Origin: Podarcis liolepis
Taxonomy: Eukaryota
DNA length: 64,000 nucleotides
Strand: one strand, 5' to 3'
NCBI GenBank assembly: GCA_965112155.1
Contig: OZ218098.1
In this document: in pieces, positions 13,414 to 37,963 of the stretch
How the letters are laid out: every line of letters begins with the position of its first letter
Position numbering within the stretch: the first letter of the stretch is position 1
Translations under genes and position numbers: made by a program
Notes under the pieces: model-generated
Databases searched by the model: none
What the model was told of the DNA's origin: nothing
What the model saw: the letters and a program-made list of their open reading frames with translations, nothing else

Positions 13414-14235
13414 GGGAGGAGGAGCAGGTTTCAAATCTTATCTGCAGACCAGTTTGTTTAGCTAAGGAAACTTCAAGTCCAAAGAGCCTGTGGGCTTTTC
13501 CTGTTTCTGAATTCTCCGTACTACTAAACCAAAAATCCAGAAATATGAATTAACAAGTCCTAGGGTCCAGAGGGGTGGGGTGGTGGGAGTGGGGACCAAG
13601 CCTATCCAATAAGCAGTATTCACTATTGTTTTGACAGGAGAGACAAAAAGGAATGGGGAAGGGTTTTTCACTAAGTATCTAGTGCACACTCAGGCTGGGG
13701 ATTACTAGATTGGCAGCTTTGGGTTTATCCACTTTTTTCCCCAAATAGACAAGTGAAATAAATTGCTGGTTTGGGCATCACATTGGCCCAGGAAGCTTTT
13801 GCTGAGGAAGAGGAGAAGGGAGGGGGACTAATATAATCAGCCTGGGGTTTCAGAAAAGCGGGTCACGACTGAAATGAAAATTCCAACTTTTTTTTTTTTT
13901 TGTACACTTGTCAAGCAAAAGTGATATTCCAAACAGTACAGCACATGTCCCAAACATATGGCCCAAATAGTAAAAAAAAACAAAAAAAATTAAAATGCCT
14001 GTTTCCTTTGTTTCCTTTCTCTTTTGGTTACAAATGTAAGGAATAGAAAAGCTGTTTTTTTCAGGCTGACAGTCCGATTAAAGAGGTAGATGGGACCTTG
14101 CATGGTATAGATTAGAAGTAATAGTGTCAGTGAGATACAGTGAGTCTTTGTGAGTCCGTGTGTCATCGTTTTGGGCACTGTTTTTTATGCAAGGGCAAAA
14201 TCTTTGTATCTGGGGGAAAAACAACTTTTTTAAAT

Positions 14236-14387
14236 NNNNNNNNNNNNNNNNNNNNNNNNNNNNNNNNNNNNNNNNNNNNNNNNNNNNNNNNNNNNNNNNN
14301 NNNNNNNNNNNNNNNNNNNNNNNNNNNNNNNNNNNNNNNNNNNNNNNNNNNNNNNNNNNNNNNNNNNNNNNNNNNNNNNNNNNNNNN
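14236..14387. other. Assembly gap / masked run (152 N)
   Basis: N run. Confidence 0.99.
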
Positions 14388-17300
14388 TTAGAATTTTTTA
14401 ACACAGGTTTTGCTTATGATGTTGCCATTCTGCTGTGTTTCTGTTTGAAAAATGCCTTGGGGGTGAGTGTCGAGAGATTGTCATGCCATTCAAATAGCCT
14501 GTGGGGTTGAACTGCATCCAATCTGCAAACCTTCCTCCAACTGGTGGAATCTCTCCTCTGTTAAGCTCTCCTAATTAACTCTTGTGCTTAAAAGCACAAG
14601 AGAGCATTGGCAGCATTTAAAAATCTTTGTCGTTATAGCACCTAGATTATAGGGAGAACGTGGAGACAAAGGATTTTAGCGTTGGGATCTGGCTCTGCTT
14701 AGCACAGCTTGTCTGTCTTCTGAAGCAAATTGTCGCAGTAATTTCATGCTATTAAAATGCTGGTGCTGGACATGAGATGAGCGAGTCTGAAATAGCCACC
14801 TTTGCATAGACAAGTGCAAATGGCCAATATTTCATACCCTTTCACTTCCATGGCAGCACTCATGTTGGCGTAAGTCATGGCAGTCAGCCCAGGTCCATGT
14901 TAGAAAGTCTCTCCTCTGTCAGACAGCCAGTGATGGTGCTGCCGTGCTTTCACTATTCTGTGTTGAAGAACTATGCATCCTAATGCACTTTATTTACATA
15001 ATCATCTGAATTTTGTTCCTGCCACTCATTGTTTGTGGCGGTTTCTTTACTTCTAGCCTCCAATCTTGTCCCTCAAGGACTCCTCAGTGACAGTCAGTTA
15101 TGCTCACGGTCCAGCAGCTGATCTTTTATCATTATACATATCAGTGAAGAGTAAGGACAATTCGTGTCAAATAGCCTTAGCTTTACGTTTGAAAAAGATC
15201 AGGCCTTACCATTTGACTTTTGATACTCCATAGTGAAGTTGGCAGCTTTCTAAGTACCTGGTGTTATTAGCAAGTAAAGCCAGAAGGCAGCCAATCAGGA
15301 AAATTGCTCAGAGGAAATAACACTTTTTATAGCAATACACAGAACAAAATATCATTGGGGGCATGTTTGAGAGGCCTTTTCATCTTGTGACCTACCAATA
15401 CAAATGTAGCCCACCAGATCCCTGATAATCCTCCTAGTTTTGCCTGCCTTTGAGTGCAGCAAACAAGCAACCGTGTGTGTTGGGTGGTTTGCATTTGGCT
15501 TGATGGGTCACGCAATTTGCAAACCTACATTTAGATATTCTGAGTGTAATGGGTGAAAAATAGACAAGTCCTCATATTTCAGGCCAGAAGCTGGATTTCC
15601 AGCAGCAAGGAACAGGAGGAAGCCAATTACCCTCTTCTGGTTGATAAATTGGTGTTGGCTGTTGACAGAGGCAGGCGAATGGGATTTCGGATTTCAGCTG
15701 TTCCCATGTGCATGTGGCCCTTCCTTCCCCTCACCAAACACACTTGCCATCCTTGTATTCTTTTCCCTTAAAGCCATAGGTTCATTCAGAATGGCCACAC
15801 ATGGATGAATTTGGGCAGTGGCCATCATGCCCTCTTAGCCTATGATGTAAGGTGCAGGGAGTGCAGAACTATTTGCTTTATCTTAAACATGGAACAGGTG
15901 CCAAAAATAGTGATCTTGTGTTGAATTCTCTGCCTCCTTTGTGTTTCAGGCCATGAAAATTTGTACCACACAGAGAGGGAAGACTAGAGCTCAGTGCAAG
16001 GCTGTTGTTGGGGGAAGGGGAAGAGAGTCGTGTGTTGATCTGTGCTGAGGAAGGGGCATTTGTCTGCTACCTTCCACTTTTAAGCAATTTAAAAACTGTG
16101 CCTCAGCAAAGTAGTATTAATAACATGCTATCTTTATGCCCCCACAATGGGGCTGACAGTTAGTCCCTGGTACTTTCTGAAGGGAAAACAATTTATTATA
16201 CAAAGGTCTCCCATGTGTTGAAACCCTGCTTTGGATTTAGCCATGGGATTATTATTATTTTTTGGGGGGGTTACTTTACATTTGGCCTCTCTTGACTAGT
16301 GACATCTGTGGTATAACTTTGCTTAGCCTGCAGCACTGGAGTGATCAGCTAGTTTAAAGTGAAGAGCAGCAAGGTACTCTTGTGAATCTTTAATTTTGTC
16401 ATTCTTCTGATTTTGTGTGTACTTCTCTCCTTGCCCCTTCACCCCCGCCTCGCTGGCATCTCCTGTCCTGGAAATGCCACCAGCTAAGTTTAAGAGGGAT
16501 TTGGCTTCTGGAAATATAGCCAAAGGAGAAAATAAAGTTTGAGCATGTTTTGTTTGGCTTTGCAGAAAGATCCTTGCTCGGGTAGCAGATGTGTCAGATT
16601 TCCTTTTGCCTTGAGAAAACGTAGGGGAACCACAGTATCTTTGTTCATCAGGGTATCAAGTTTGTCACCCTGATTTTCTTAGAATTCAGAAACATAATTA
16701 GTACTATGAGAGGACAGTGTTCTGCACCTGAAGGCTGGATTCTGGCTAGTTGCTTGCATGCAAATGACATTGCCTCTTTACATCCTACTCCTAAACATTC
16801 TGCAGGAGTTGCCTGCTGCTGCCTTGGCTCATTTGTGGTACGCTGTGTGAACGTCAGGGTGTACACTCACGTGCTGGTGCAGCAAAGTCCAGAGAGTACC
16901 CATCCATATTTGAGGATGCAGCCGGGAGTTTTTATTTGCTTATTTGCAATTGAAAATGGAAAGAATGGCTTGTGTGGTCAGACTCCATTAGTAGTTGTAA
17001 GGTGGAACCTATTTGAACTTGTGACTTTTCTGACGCTAAAGAAGTCTTGTACCAGATTTACATCTTTTTTTTTTTTTACTGAAGAGGCACTGTCACAAGA
17101 ATAACTATAGCTTCCTAGTTGTTGGGAAATTGCAGCAAGCATAGCCCATGCATTTGTGATTGGAAAATACAAATTAGAAGATGATAGTCGGTACTTGTGC
17201 AAAAACAACATTTCTCTCATTCGAGCCAACAATTCTGTGTACTATCTTTACTGCTTTTATTTCACTTCCTTCAAACCATTTTAAGTCTGACCATTATTTA

Positions 17301-19093
17301 TGTAACCTTTTAAATTCCCCTAAAATGTGTCTGCGGTTCATGACCCCAGCCCCAGCACTGTAACGCTGCTATTTTAGTTTGGTGCCCTTGGTCAATCCAG
17401 TAATGCAGTGTACATCTAACAGCGTCCCCAGTCAAACAGGTTTGCAAATGCAGCTGTTTCCTGTGTCCCACACACTGCTAGGTTTAAGGGGGAAGTCCCA
17501 CAGTTGTGTCTGGGTCCAGGGTAAGCAGAAATGCCTACCCCCCCTCCCCTCAAAAAAGTTTAGGAGGCTTTTTTTTACTTGTTTTCTAATATGTATGCAG
17601 GTTAGAACAATGCTCAATTATGTGCTAAATCCCGGTTTAACCCTCTGCAAATGACATTGCAGGTCACAAAAACAGAAAGGCCTAAACTCAGTGACAATTA
17701 CAGCACCTAATTTCATTCCCATCAGCTGAGGATGATAAGAAGCCTTTTTGTTATGGGGTCTATAATTTTGCCCAGGTGCTGAGTGTTTCTTTACATGACC
17801 AAGAATGGACAACAGCAAACATTCCCAGGTGAAGCTGTCATTATCTGCATCAGTGTTGGCAGCTTTTAGAAACAGCTCTGCACAGCACCTCCATTTTTAT
17901 TGTGGTTGGAATAAATAGTTATTGACCCTGGCATTTATCATCCCCCTTCCCCTAGCACATACTCCTCTTGAGTTTAGCCAGGGCTCCCTTTGCAGCTCAG
18001 TTATGTGAGCCTAGAGGGTGAGTGTTGAGTCCACCATCCACTCCCCCAGCAATAAGCGCTGTACCTCCATCCCAATCTGCTGGGGAGTCCGCTCACTCCA
18101 CAGTGCCACACCTGTACATCCCCACAGTGAAGGAAGGCGCCTTGTTGAGAGAATGTGCTTTAGCAAGGATTGGACTAAGCTGGTCCTTCACTCTTCCTAT
18201 GGCATGGAACAACAGCAGGGGTCTACACACCCTTGCTGGTTGCATTGGAGTCTCATGAGGACACCAGTTGAAAAGTCCTATTAGTGCCAATTTACATTAT
18301 GAACAACAGGCCTGTGAGAAGTGAACCAAGACAAGAACGGGCATTATCAATAAAGTTTTATCTTGAAATTGTATGTCAGTTGGTCATATCCGAACTAGCA
18401 AATACTGAATAGTCCTTAGCTTTTCTACTCTGTCAAGTCCAAGTGGTTTGTTGGATGTTACACTCACCTGTGGCTTATGTTGTAGTTTCATTCCATTCTT
18501 CGGTAGTAGAGGAACCGGCAGTGAGCTGCTTACAAGCCAACTATCCCATCTGTGTCTCAAGACCATTGTTGAAGCCAGAATATTTCTAGTAACTGGAATA
18601 AGGACTCTTTGAAATAAGTGGTCTGTGAAAGAGGCCATGACCCTAAAAGGAAATTCACAGCCTTTGTTTTTAAGGCAGTGGGTTTCTAAACCCCCCTCCC
18701 CCATGTACACTGATGTATTGATTCATACATAGCCAGCATCCTCCCATCTCTTCTTCTCCTGATGTTTGTGCCAGATAAACTCAACCTCACTCGTGCTGCC
18801 TCTGCATCCATCCTGAGTTCCCATACCTTTAAGTGAACTGGGCACAATATTGCTTTCACAGATCAACACCCTGTGAATGTTATATGGATGCATGACTTCT
18901 GTTGGTTAGGTGGGTTTCTTTTTTGTTAAGTTTTTCTTTTTCTTTTTTTAAGAAATTGAATAGCCTGGTGCTCATAGTGATTTGCAGTCTCTTTGCTGCC
19001 TTCTTTTCTGTAGCCTTCCAGTCCCTTGTGGGTTTGGTACAATTGTGTCTAGATTTTAGTCTATTAAGGTGGGAAGAAAAAGAAGGGGTCCAG

Positions 19094-19137
19094 AATAAAC
19101 GATCAATTTGTATTTATTTAACATTTTACTAAATAAA
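19094..19137 (+). terminator. Candidate PHF21A polyadenylation signals (AATAAA at 19094-19099 and 19132-19137)
   Basis: Two hexamers, an upstream U-rich element and downstream ttgtctctagttgttt. Confidence 0.6.
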
Positions 19138-22100
19138 ACTATGAAATCTATTGTCTCTAGTTGTTTATCATGCAGCTGTGTTCATGTGTGCTGATCACCC
19201 TTTGCTTTATCCACACTGAAGCTGCAAACGAAGAGAAATGCAGCTTCTCCCATCAAAGCTGAAGGTTTAACTGCAAACAGGTATGTTGTGCCACACCCTA
19301 AAGGTGCAGACACTGCAGGCAGATCAATATTGGCACTTCCAGGATTTGGAAAGGCGGCTGCTTGCCAATCATGGCAGGGGTACTGCCAGGGAGCTAAGAA
19401 TACATCATTGAATGAAACTAAGGCTAGCCCAAGGCCTAATTCTGTCTTGTATTTCTAGTGTAGGCCCCATATAAATAGAGAACACTCAGAGCTGCATTTC
19501 AGCTCCTCTTCCCCATCCTTTCAATTCTCCTCACTTGGCCTTTTCCCCTGGGGCCCCATTGCAACAGTTTTCTTCACCATCGCATGCTTATAGTATAGGG
19601 AAGAGTCTTTTGTCCATTTAGTGCTCTGCTATCCTATATTGAGCTCCTTTCTCCCATTTTCAAAATCCTCCAGTGCAATGAGGTCTTTTCCCAGCTGTGC
19701 TGACCTTATGCTTCCCTCCAGTCCTCCTCATTCTACACTTTGAGGCTGTTCTTCCGAGCAGTTAGAGGTTTGCAATAGCTATGATATCACAGCTGATTAG
19801 CCATAAAAGCAGGTAGGGGACCTTTACAGCACACCTGCAAAGCTGAACCTCTCCTATACTTATTATTTCTTGGCCTGTAGAAAAATAAAATACAAAGTTT
19901 TATAATGATAAAGAGTCTGGGCTTCAGTTTCCCTTCTTTACAGAATTTAAAGCTCCCTGGACCTGCAAGGAGAGTTGGCAATGACCTGAACTTGGCAAAG
20001 TCTACTGCAATCACTGACAGCTTGGTCCTATAAGGGCTGTAGAGTAAGTCAAGTGTGCTTCAACTTCTGGGAATAGCTTCCTGTATGGATTGTGCTAAGG
20101 GGGTGGTAACTAAGTTTTCAGAAAGTAGACCTGTTGAAAATAATGACTAATTAACTTGACTAAGGCCCACTAATTTCAGTGGATCTACTTCGAGTAAAAG
20201 AAAGTTGGATACCATGCAGAATACTTTCCTGTCCCTGGCAGATTTGTGGGTTGTAGCCAAGAGTTCCCTGAAGGAATTGTTTCTCTAGTTTGTTCTCTCC
20301 CCTGTTCCTCATTTTCATGACTAGTAGAAATGAGGAACGCATTAATACTATGTGGACATAATAACCAAACAACTCTCACAGCAGCTTGAAAAGGATTTTC
20401 CTCAAAACTTTAATGTTTTTTAAAAAGGAATACTTGTGCCCATGCTGTACAGTGCTCAGTGTGGGACAGTTTCAGCGTTTACATCAGCCTGTCTAGAGGG
20501 ATGGAAAACTTTAATCCCAGCACTTTGGAAGCTCTTGAATTCCATGAAATCAAAGGAAAAATCAAAGAGTCCAGCAGCAGAAGACCCTAGACAGACTCCA
20601 GAACCAAAGAGAGAAACTACCAGAAAATCTATGACACCCAAATCATTTACAGCTTGTGAGAAATCACCTTAAATTATATAAACAGCAAGGAAAGAGTTTT
20701 CCCATTACATCTCCATCCTTGTGCTCCAGTGTTTGATAATTGTGGACCATGGCTGGGCTGAAGCTGCTCCCAGCACAGACATTCAGCTACAGCATACATT
20801 AACAGACCCTACGTCAGTTGCAGATACAGCAAGATGCTCATGTGTTCCTTTCTTCAAGAAGTGGAATTAGTCCCTTCGAGCATCAGGTTCACCAAGCAGC
20901 TATCAGGACGGAAGCCTGCATGCAATGACTTGCCTACTTCCATGGTTGCACAGACTTAATCTGTAATCAGCTGTGACACTTAACTGCATCTAGACTGAAG
21001 ACAGTCCGATTCCATTATGGACTCCTGCACAAGGCCCAATTGTGCAGTCCTTGGTCCTGATCATACAAGCACACAGTTTGAGCTGATATTACTCAGGAAA
21101 GCAGCTGATCAAGGCCATAGTCCAGCAGATATAGGAAGGGCAAGACTTGCGTTCCTCCATGGGAGGGGGAAAGTATGTTTGGCAATGATGTGCAACATCA
21201 AGCTAAACAAGATTTACTGAGTAGTAGCCATGATAAGAGGTTCTATTTAGCTCCGGTGAGATGAACTACACCCGCATTTTAGATGTGGGGGTGGGGGGCG
21301 AATAGGCAAACAAAATGCCCTGCTTACACATTTTCAAGGACTCTCGCCTGAATCCTGTTGGAAAGAAGTTCGTTTGGACTAAAGGGATCTTGGTTTCAGC
21401 CATGTACTCACAGCAAAGCATGTGCACTATATAGCCCCTGTAACAAGGACCTGGCTTTGCTTACACTAGGCTTTTTTCTAGATACTAAAGTTATCCATGA
21501 AGTAGGCACAAGGCAGATTGAAGAGAAGGTTCCTTACCACTACCCCTGACAGCCACATTTCTTGGTGGGCAATTTCCCAGAAGCCATGTGGTGGTGGTCA
21601 ATAGCACCGAAGGCAGAATGTGGGTGAAGCAACAGTTGTGACTCTTCTGCCTTGTGTAGTTGTGTGTGTGCGTTATGGGAAACCCTGTGCTAAAATATTT
21701 TCTATTCCGGTGCAGGGCTTCTCTACACACACATTATAAAAAGGAAAGGAAAGGCTGCACCCATAGAGATAAGCAAGGACACATGCAGCCCCTAGGCCTC
21801 AGGTTCCCCACTTTAAACTTTCACAGTAGGTCCCACATCATCCTTTTCCCATCAGTAAAGCCCTGATCCATGACCAACAGGAAGGCTATGCAGATTTGTA
21901 AAAGGGTACAGGCAACTCCTGTTTTGCATGGGTTCAAAGAATGTGCAACTGTGCACACATACACTGGTTTTGGACCTGCAAGATGGTGTGACAGGGTCGG
22001 GTGGGCTTATGCATGCTCCACCAACATGCACGGTACCCTGACATACAACCCATGCACAAATTGAGTTGCCTGTATATGCATGCAGTCCCTCTTGCCACAT

Positions 22101-22764
22101 ATATAGGAATAGCTCACATAAGATTTTCTAGATGCTCACTTTATATGATTTAGTCATAATTGTCCTATTTCGGTTTTGGCTTAGAGGGGACAAATGAAAG
22201 AGCTGGAAATAAGATGGGGCTACTACACTGATAAAGGGACACAACACATTAGTAGAAGTCTCAATTTCCACGTCTAGTCTACCTTTCTACCACAGGAAAC
22301 AGGTGACTGTAGCTGAATTAAGGCATCAGGCTCGTGGGGTGGGAAAGGCCCACCTTCAAAACAGCAACAGAGGAAGTTGCTTTAGAGTCAGGCCACTGGT
22401 ACACCAACAGGAAGTGGCTCTCCAGGATGTCAGCTCAGGAGCACACCTTCCCTCCTCTTCATTCCCATGCTTCCCCCCTCAATTTGGAAACAGATGTACA
22501 CAAATGTATGTAACTTGCCTGATTTAGATTGGGAGCATTGTTTTGATTGGCTCCATAGCCCTGAATGATATGCCACCTGCCCCGCCCCAACCGGCTGCAA
22601 TTGTACCCACAACTTAGACAAAGTGTGTAGCACCCGGCTACCATTGGGAGAGTGGCTCTGCCGTAGGTCTGAACTGCTCCAGGACACGAGCGTGGTCCGC
22701 TGTCCCTCCTCTGCAGGGCATGAGTTGCCTTGCACGGACTGTCCTTTGGTGTGTGTCTTGCCGT

Positions 22765-34289
<11,525 letters not shown>

Positions 34290-35141
34290 GATGGTGGCAA
34301 AGGTCATGTGGGCAGGCCTAGCCGCACCGGAGCCAGCATCCTACACCCTGCAAGAGAAGAACCAAAGAGTGAACCAAAAATGTTAACCAGCGGAATTGAT
34401 CCTCAAAATGGAAATGGAGGACTTTGCTAGACTTGGCTTTCCAGAACCAGCAACAGCAGCAGCAAGCAGCTGAAACATTTGCCCCCAACTTTGGGTAAAA
34501 TGGGCTTTGTTCTGATGTGAGTCCACAGCCTATGCATTTTGCACCAGCACAGTCTCCTGACTTGAGGTCAACAGCCACATCCTCCTCTCCCATGAAGCCT
34601 ACCCAGTAGCGGGGGCCTCATTCATTCTCCAAAATGGCCAAGGGTGTCTTGAAACATGCTGGAACTGCAAAAGGTGTCACCAGGACTTCTAATAGCATTC
34701 GTGGGCACTGACAGCAAGCTGACGATCACATCTGAGGAAGCCAAGGAGTCCTCTCTGAGTCCCACCAGCCAGGATTTGGAAAAGCAAAAAGGATCCTACT
34801 CTTTCAACTCCCTTGGCTTAGCAGCAGATAATTTCCCAGTAGGAACTTGCCAAACAAAACTCCTTGAACTCTCAGCTGTGTGCTTCATTCCACCCTAATC
34901 AGCACCAGAGTCATCCAAGCTGAACCCAGTTCTAGAAACACATGGCAAAGGGTAACATGAAGGTCCCTTGTTTTAACATATACTGCTGAAAATGATGCAC
35001 ACAGAGAAGACTTAACCCCCACGGAGGAGATGTGCCATGCACATCTTCAAGAAAAGCCCTTGCTATCAAGAGGTCCTCCAAACTCACAGCCCTTGCCACT
35101 TACCCAGCACTCCTTTGTTCAGCAGAGGCAATTCACTAATA

Positions 35142-35918
35142 CAGTGGTGCCTCGGGTTACATACACTTCAGGTTACACACTCTGCTAACCCAGAAATAGT
35201 GCTTCAGGTTAAGAACTTGGCTTCAGAAGAGTGGCAGACGCAATTGATGGACTATATGGAACTGGCTGAAATGACTGGCAGAATCCGAGATTTGGGAGAA
35301 GAAATAATGGAAGAGGACTTGAAAAAATTTAAGGACTATTTACAAAAATATCATAAGTTGTATGAATGTTAAAAACTGCACGATTTGGAAACTTTAGCTT
35401 CAGCGATTAGATTTGGTGAAACCGGAAAATAAGTTATAAGTAAGAAAAGGTTGAAATTTAAAGTAATACTATGGTTGATTTAAAGTATAAGTAATTGATA
35501 AAAAGTATTTTAAATTTAAAAGTATAATATTTGAAAGGTACAAATTAAGATATGAAATAAGGTAATAATTTGCTGACATCTTTATTGTAAAGAACGCATG
35601 GTGGGGGAAACGTGAGGAAGTCCGGTTGGTTATGGAAAAATGTGTTTGAAAATTGGATTATTCTTTCTTCTTTTTTTCTTTGTTTCTTTTTGTTTTTTTA
35701 TCTACGGCTTTTATATTTTTGACTGTGTATTTGAAAATGTAATTAAAATATTTATATAAAAAAAAAGAACTTGGCTTCAGGATAAGAACAGAAATCGTGC
35801 TCCGGCGGCGCGGCAATAGCAGGAGGCCCCATTAGCTAAAGTGCTTCAGGTTAAGAACAGTTTCAGGTTAAGAACGGACCTCCAGAATGAATTAAGTACT
35901 TAACCCGAGGTACCACTT
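35142..35918. mobile_element. Tc1/mariner (Tigger/pogo-like) MITE interrupted by an L1 3' fragment
   Basis: ta-cagtggtgcctcgggttac ... taacccgaggtaccact ends; same family as the intact copy at 55157-55358. Confidence 0.85.
35227..35764 (+). mobile_element. 5'-truncated L1 (LINE-1 clade) insertion: ORF2 C-terminus + 3'UTR + poly(A)
   Basis: 16-bp TSD aagaacttggcttcag (35211-35226 / 35765-35780); TT|AAGA target; encodes EEWQTQLMDYMELAEMTGRIRD...KKFKDYLQK, typical of the squamate L1 ORF2 end; A-tail. Confidence 0.85.
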
Positions 35919-36439
35919 TACTTTCTTCCAAGGAGAAACTTGCAGCCCAGAGTATGAACAACAGCCAGTGCAGGTCACTGGAAACAGTGTTTGGTTTGGA
36001 GATAAGGTAGATGTATGCCGTTGCTCAGCCATGAAGCTCACTGAGTGGCCTCTCGTAAAACATTATCTCTCAAACTACCTCAATTTATGGAATTTTTGTG
36101 GGGACAAGAATTCCAAAGCACTTTATTATGCTGAAAAGGGCTACAGAAGCGATAAAATTAATACCTACATTTCTGTTTAACAGCTTGACCAGAGCAACCT
36201 TGCGCTACTAAACCCTGGTCTGATGAAAGACAGATTTGTCAGTGTGTGCATGGCTCAAACCCTGTTTTCAAAGTTAATTCACTCTGCAGTGAATTAAAAT
36301 AAAATAAAATTTCTGCAAAAACCCATAGAACAACTTCCTCAGAGTTACAAACAGAGAGCAGGGCAGGAAGATTAGGAGCTGGGACTTTCCAGATAAGAAG
36401 ATATAAATTGATGTTCAAAGCAAAGAGAGAAAACTGAGA

Positions 36440-36635
36440 AATGACTACTCTTATGCAAGAAAGGAGATTCCGACTAAACATAAGGAAGAACTTTCTGAGG
36501 GGAAGAGCTGTTCGACAATGGAACGAACTTCCTCAGAAGGTGGTGGACTCTCCTTCCTCTGAGGTTTCTACGCAGAGGAAGGATGGCTATCTGATCCTCA
36601 GGGTCACTTCCAACTCTACAATCCTATGGTTCTGT
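36440..36635 (+). mobile_element. CR1 LINE 3' fragment (RT C-terminus QERRFRLNIRKNFL..RAVRQWNELP..VVDSPS + tail)
   Basis: Translated motif and ttccaactctacaatcctatg tail. Confidence 0.88.
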
Positions 36636-37839
36636 GCAACGGGCTTCTCTCATGTCATCAGATTTTGGGCACCTCCTGGTGGTCAGGGGTCAGATGCATA
36701 TTTTCCATGCACAAGCTCTCTGCAGTACAAAACAGGCAAGACAGACACTCCCGCTTGGGCTGGTCATTTGCTTGGCAACAGGACTGACTGGGCAGGCACA
36801 AAGCTGTGCAACCTACATGGGTGACTCTGAACAATGAGCTTAACAGTGTACCAGAGAATAGGCACTTCTCTTTCCCCTGGATACCTTCCATGGTCCCAAA
36901 GTTTTACTCTGCAGCATCAGAATGAGAGCACAAAAGAACGGCAATGTGGAGATGCTATCAGAACCAAGAGAAACCAAGAGAAAGGAACTCAAAATCAAGA
37001 GTGCAAAGAAGTTGTTCTGTGCCTTCCTGCCTGAATCAGTAGCGGAGAGAAAGGCAACAGTGGTGGTGCATAAATGGCTGGACCGCCACAAACCAACACC
37101 AGGTTGCTTATGCTTCAGGTGCACCCTAGTGTGCAGTCCTGCAGTCTTCACTGTGCCCCAGGTTGGTTGTATGGGTGCTGGTGCATAACTGAGCTGCTGA
37201 CATCTGAACCTCACGGCTGACACAGAACTTGGTGTTCTGGCGGCAGGAGCGATATCAGTGTTGAGTCAGAGCGCACTGCGCTGTTCCCAGTTTGAGAGCG
37301 CTCCTGCCACTTCCTGCCACCTTGGTGCTTCAGACAATGCGCATGCACACACACACACAGCCTTTGATGCTGGCAATGCAATTGCAAATGTTCCAGAATC
37401 AGCAGCTCCCTTCAGTGATGTGAGGCAAGCTGTGAGTATACCTCGGCTGTTCTATTTGGCAGTCTGCAGAGTCAGCTATATGGAAGCCACATTTAAGCTT
37501 ATTTCCATTTACTACCACATTCAAGTTTTCTAAAACAAACACAACAGGTTTTAAAATCCAACAGAATAAAGGGAATGTCAGACAAGATGGGGAAAGGCAA
37601 GAGGAAATGATTGAAGGAGGGGGGACACATAAAGCAAGCAGGGCCTTTTAGCTTCAAAGTTTCATCTCTGCCATGTGATTTTATACTGCCTTCACTTATT
37701 TTTGTTGCTAATATGTATATGCTGTTATTTTATGAATTTTAGCTGGGGGGTTTTAAATTCCTTGACCATGTAAGCCATACTGAAAAGCAGCAGGATGTAA
37801 ATATCTAAATAAATAATATTTTAATGGAAGAGGAAAAAC

Positions 37840-37963
37840 AGGTAACCTGTGGCCCTCCAGATGATGTTCAATTCCCATCAGTCCCAGCTCGAATGGCCAC
37901 TAGTAAGAGATGATGGGGAGTTGTAGTCCAGCAACAACTGGAGGAACAGGGTTAGCTACCCTT
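37840..37963. mobile_element. Palindromic hAT-like MITE copy
   Basis: acctgtggccctccagatg ... gagttgtagtccagcaacaactggagg. Confidence 0.55.

Larger units (their letters stand above)
13034..19155 (+). other. PHF21A: Probable long (~6 kb) PHF21A 3'UTR, interrupted by two N gaps
   Basis: TE-poor, U-rich stretch ending in AATAAA at 19094 and 19132 followed by GU-rich sequence; mammalian PHF21A has a multi-kb 3'UTR; exact end is inferred. Confidence 0.6.

Noticed and set aside
13142-14510. ORFs spanning the N runs
   Set aside because: Artefacts of translating Ns without stop codons
35037-35372. 111-aa ORF as a novel gene
   Set aside because: Chimera of unique DNA, MITE and the L1 ORF2 C-terminus
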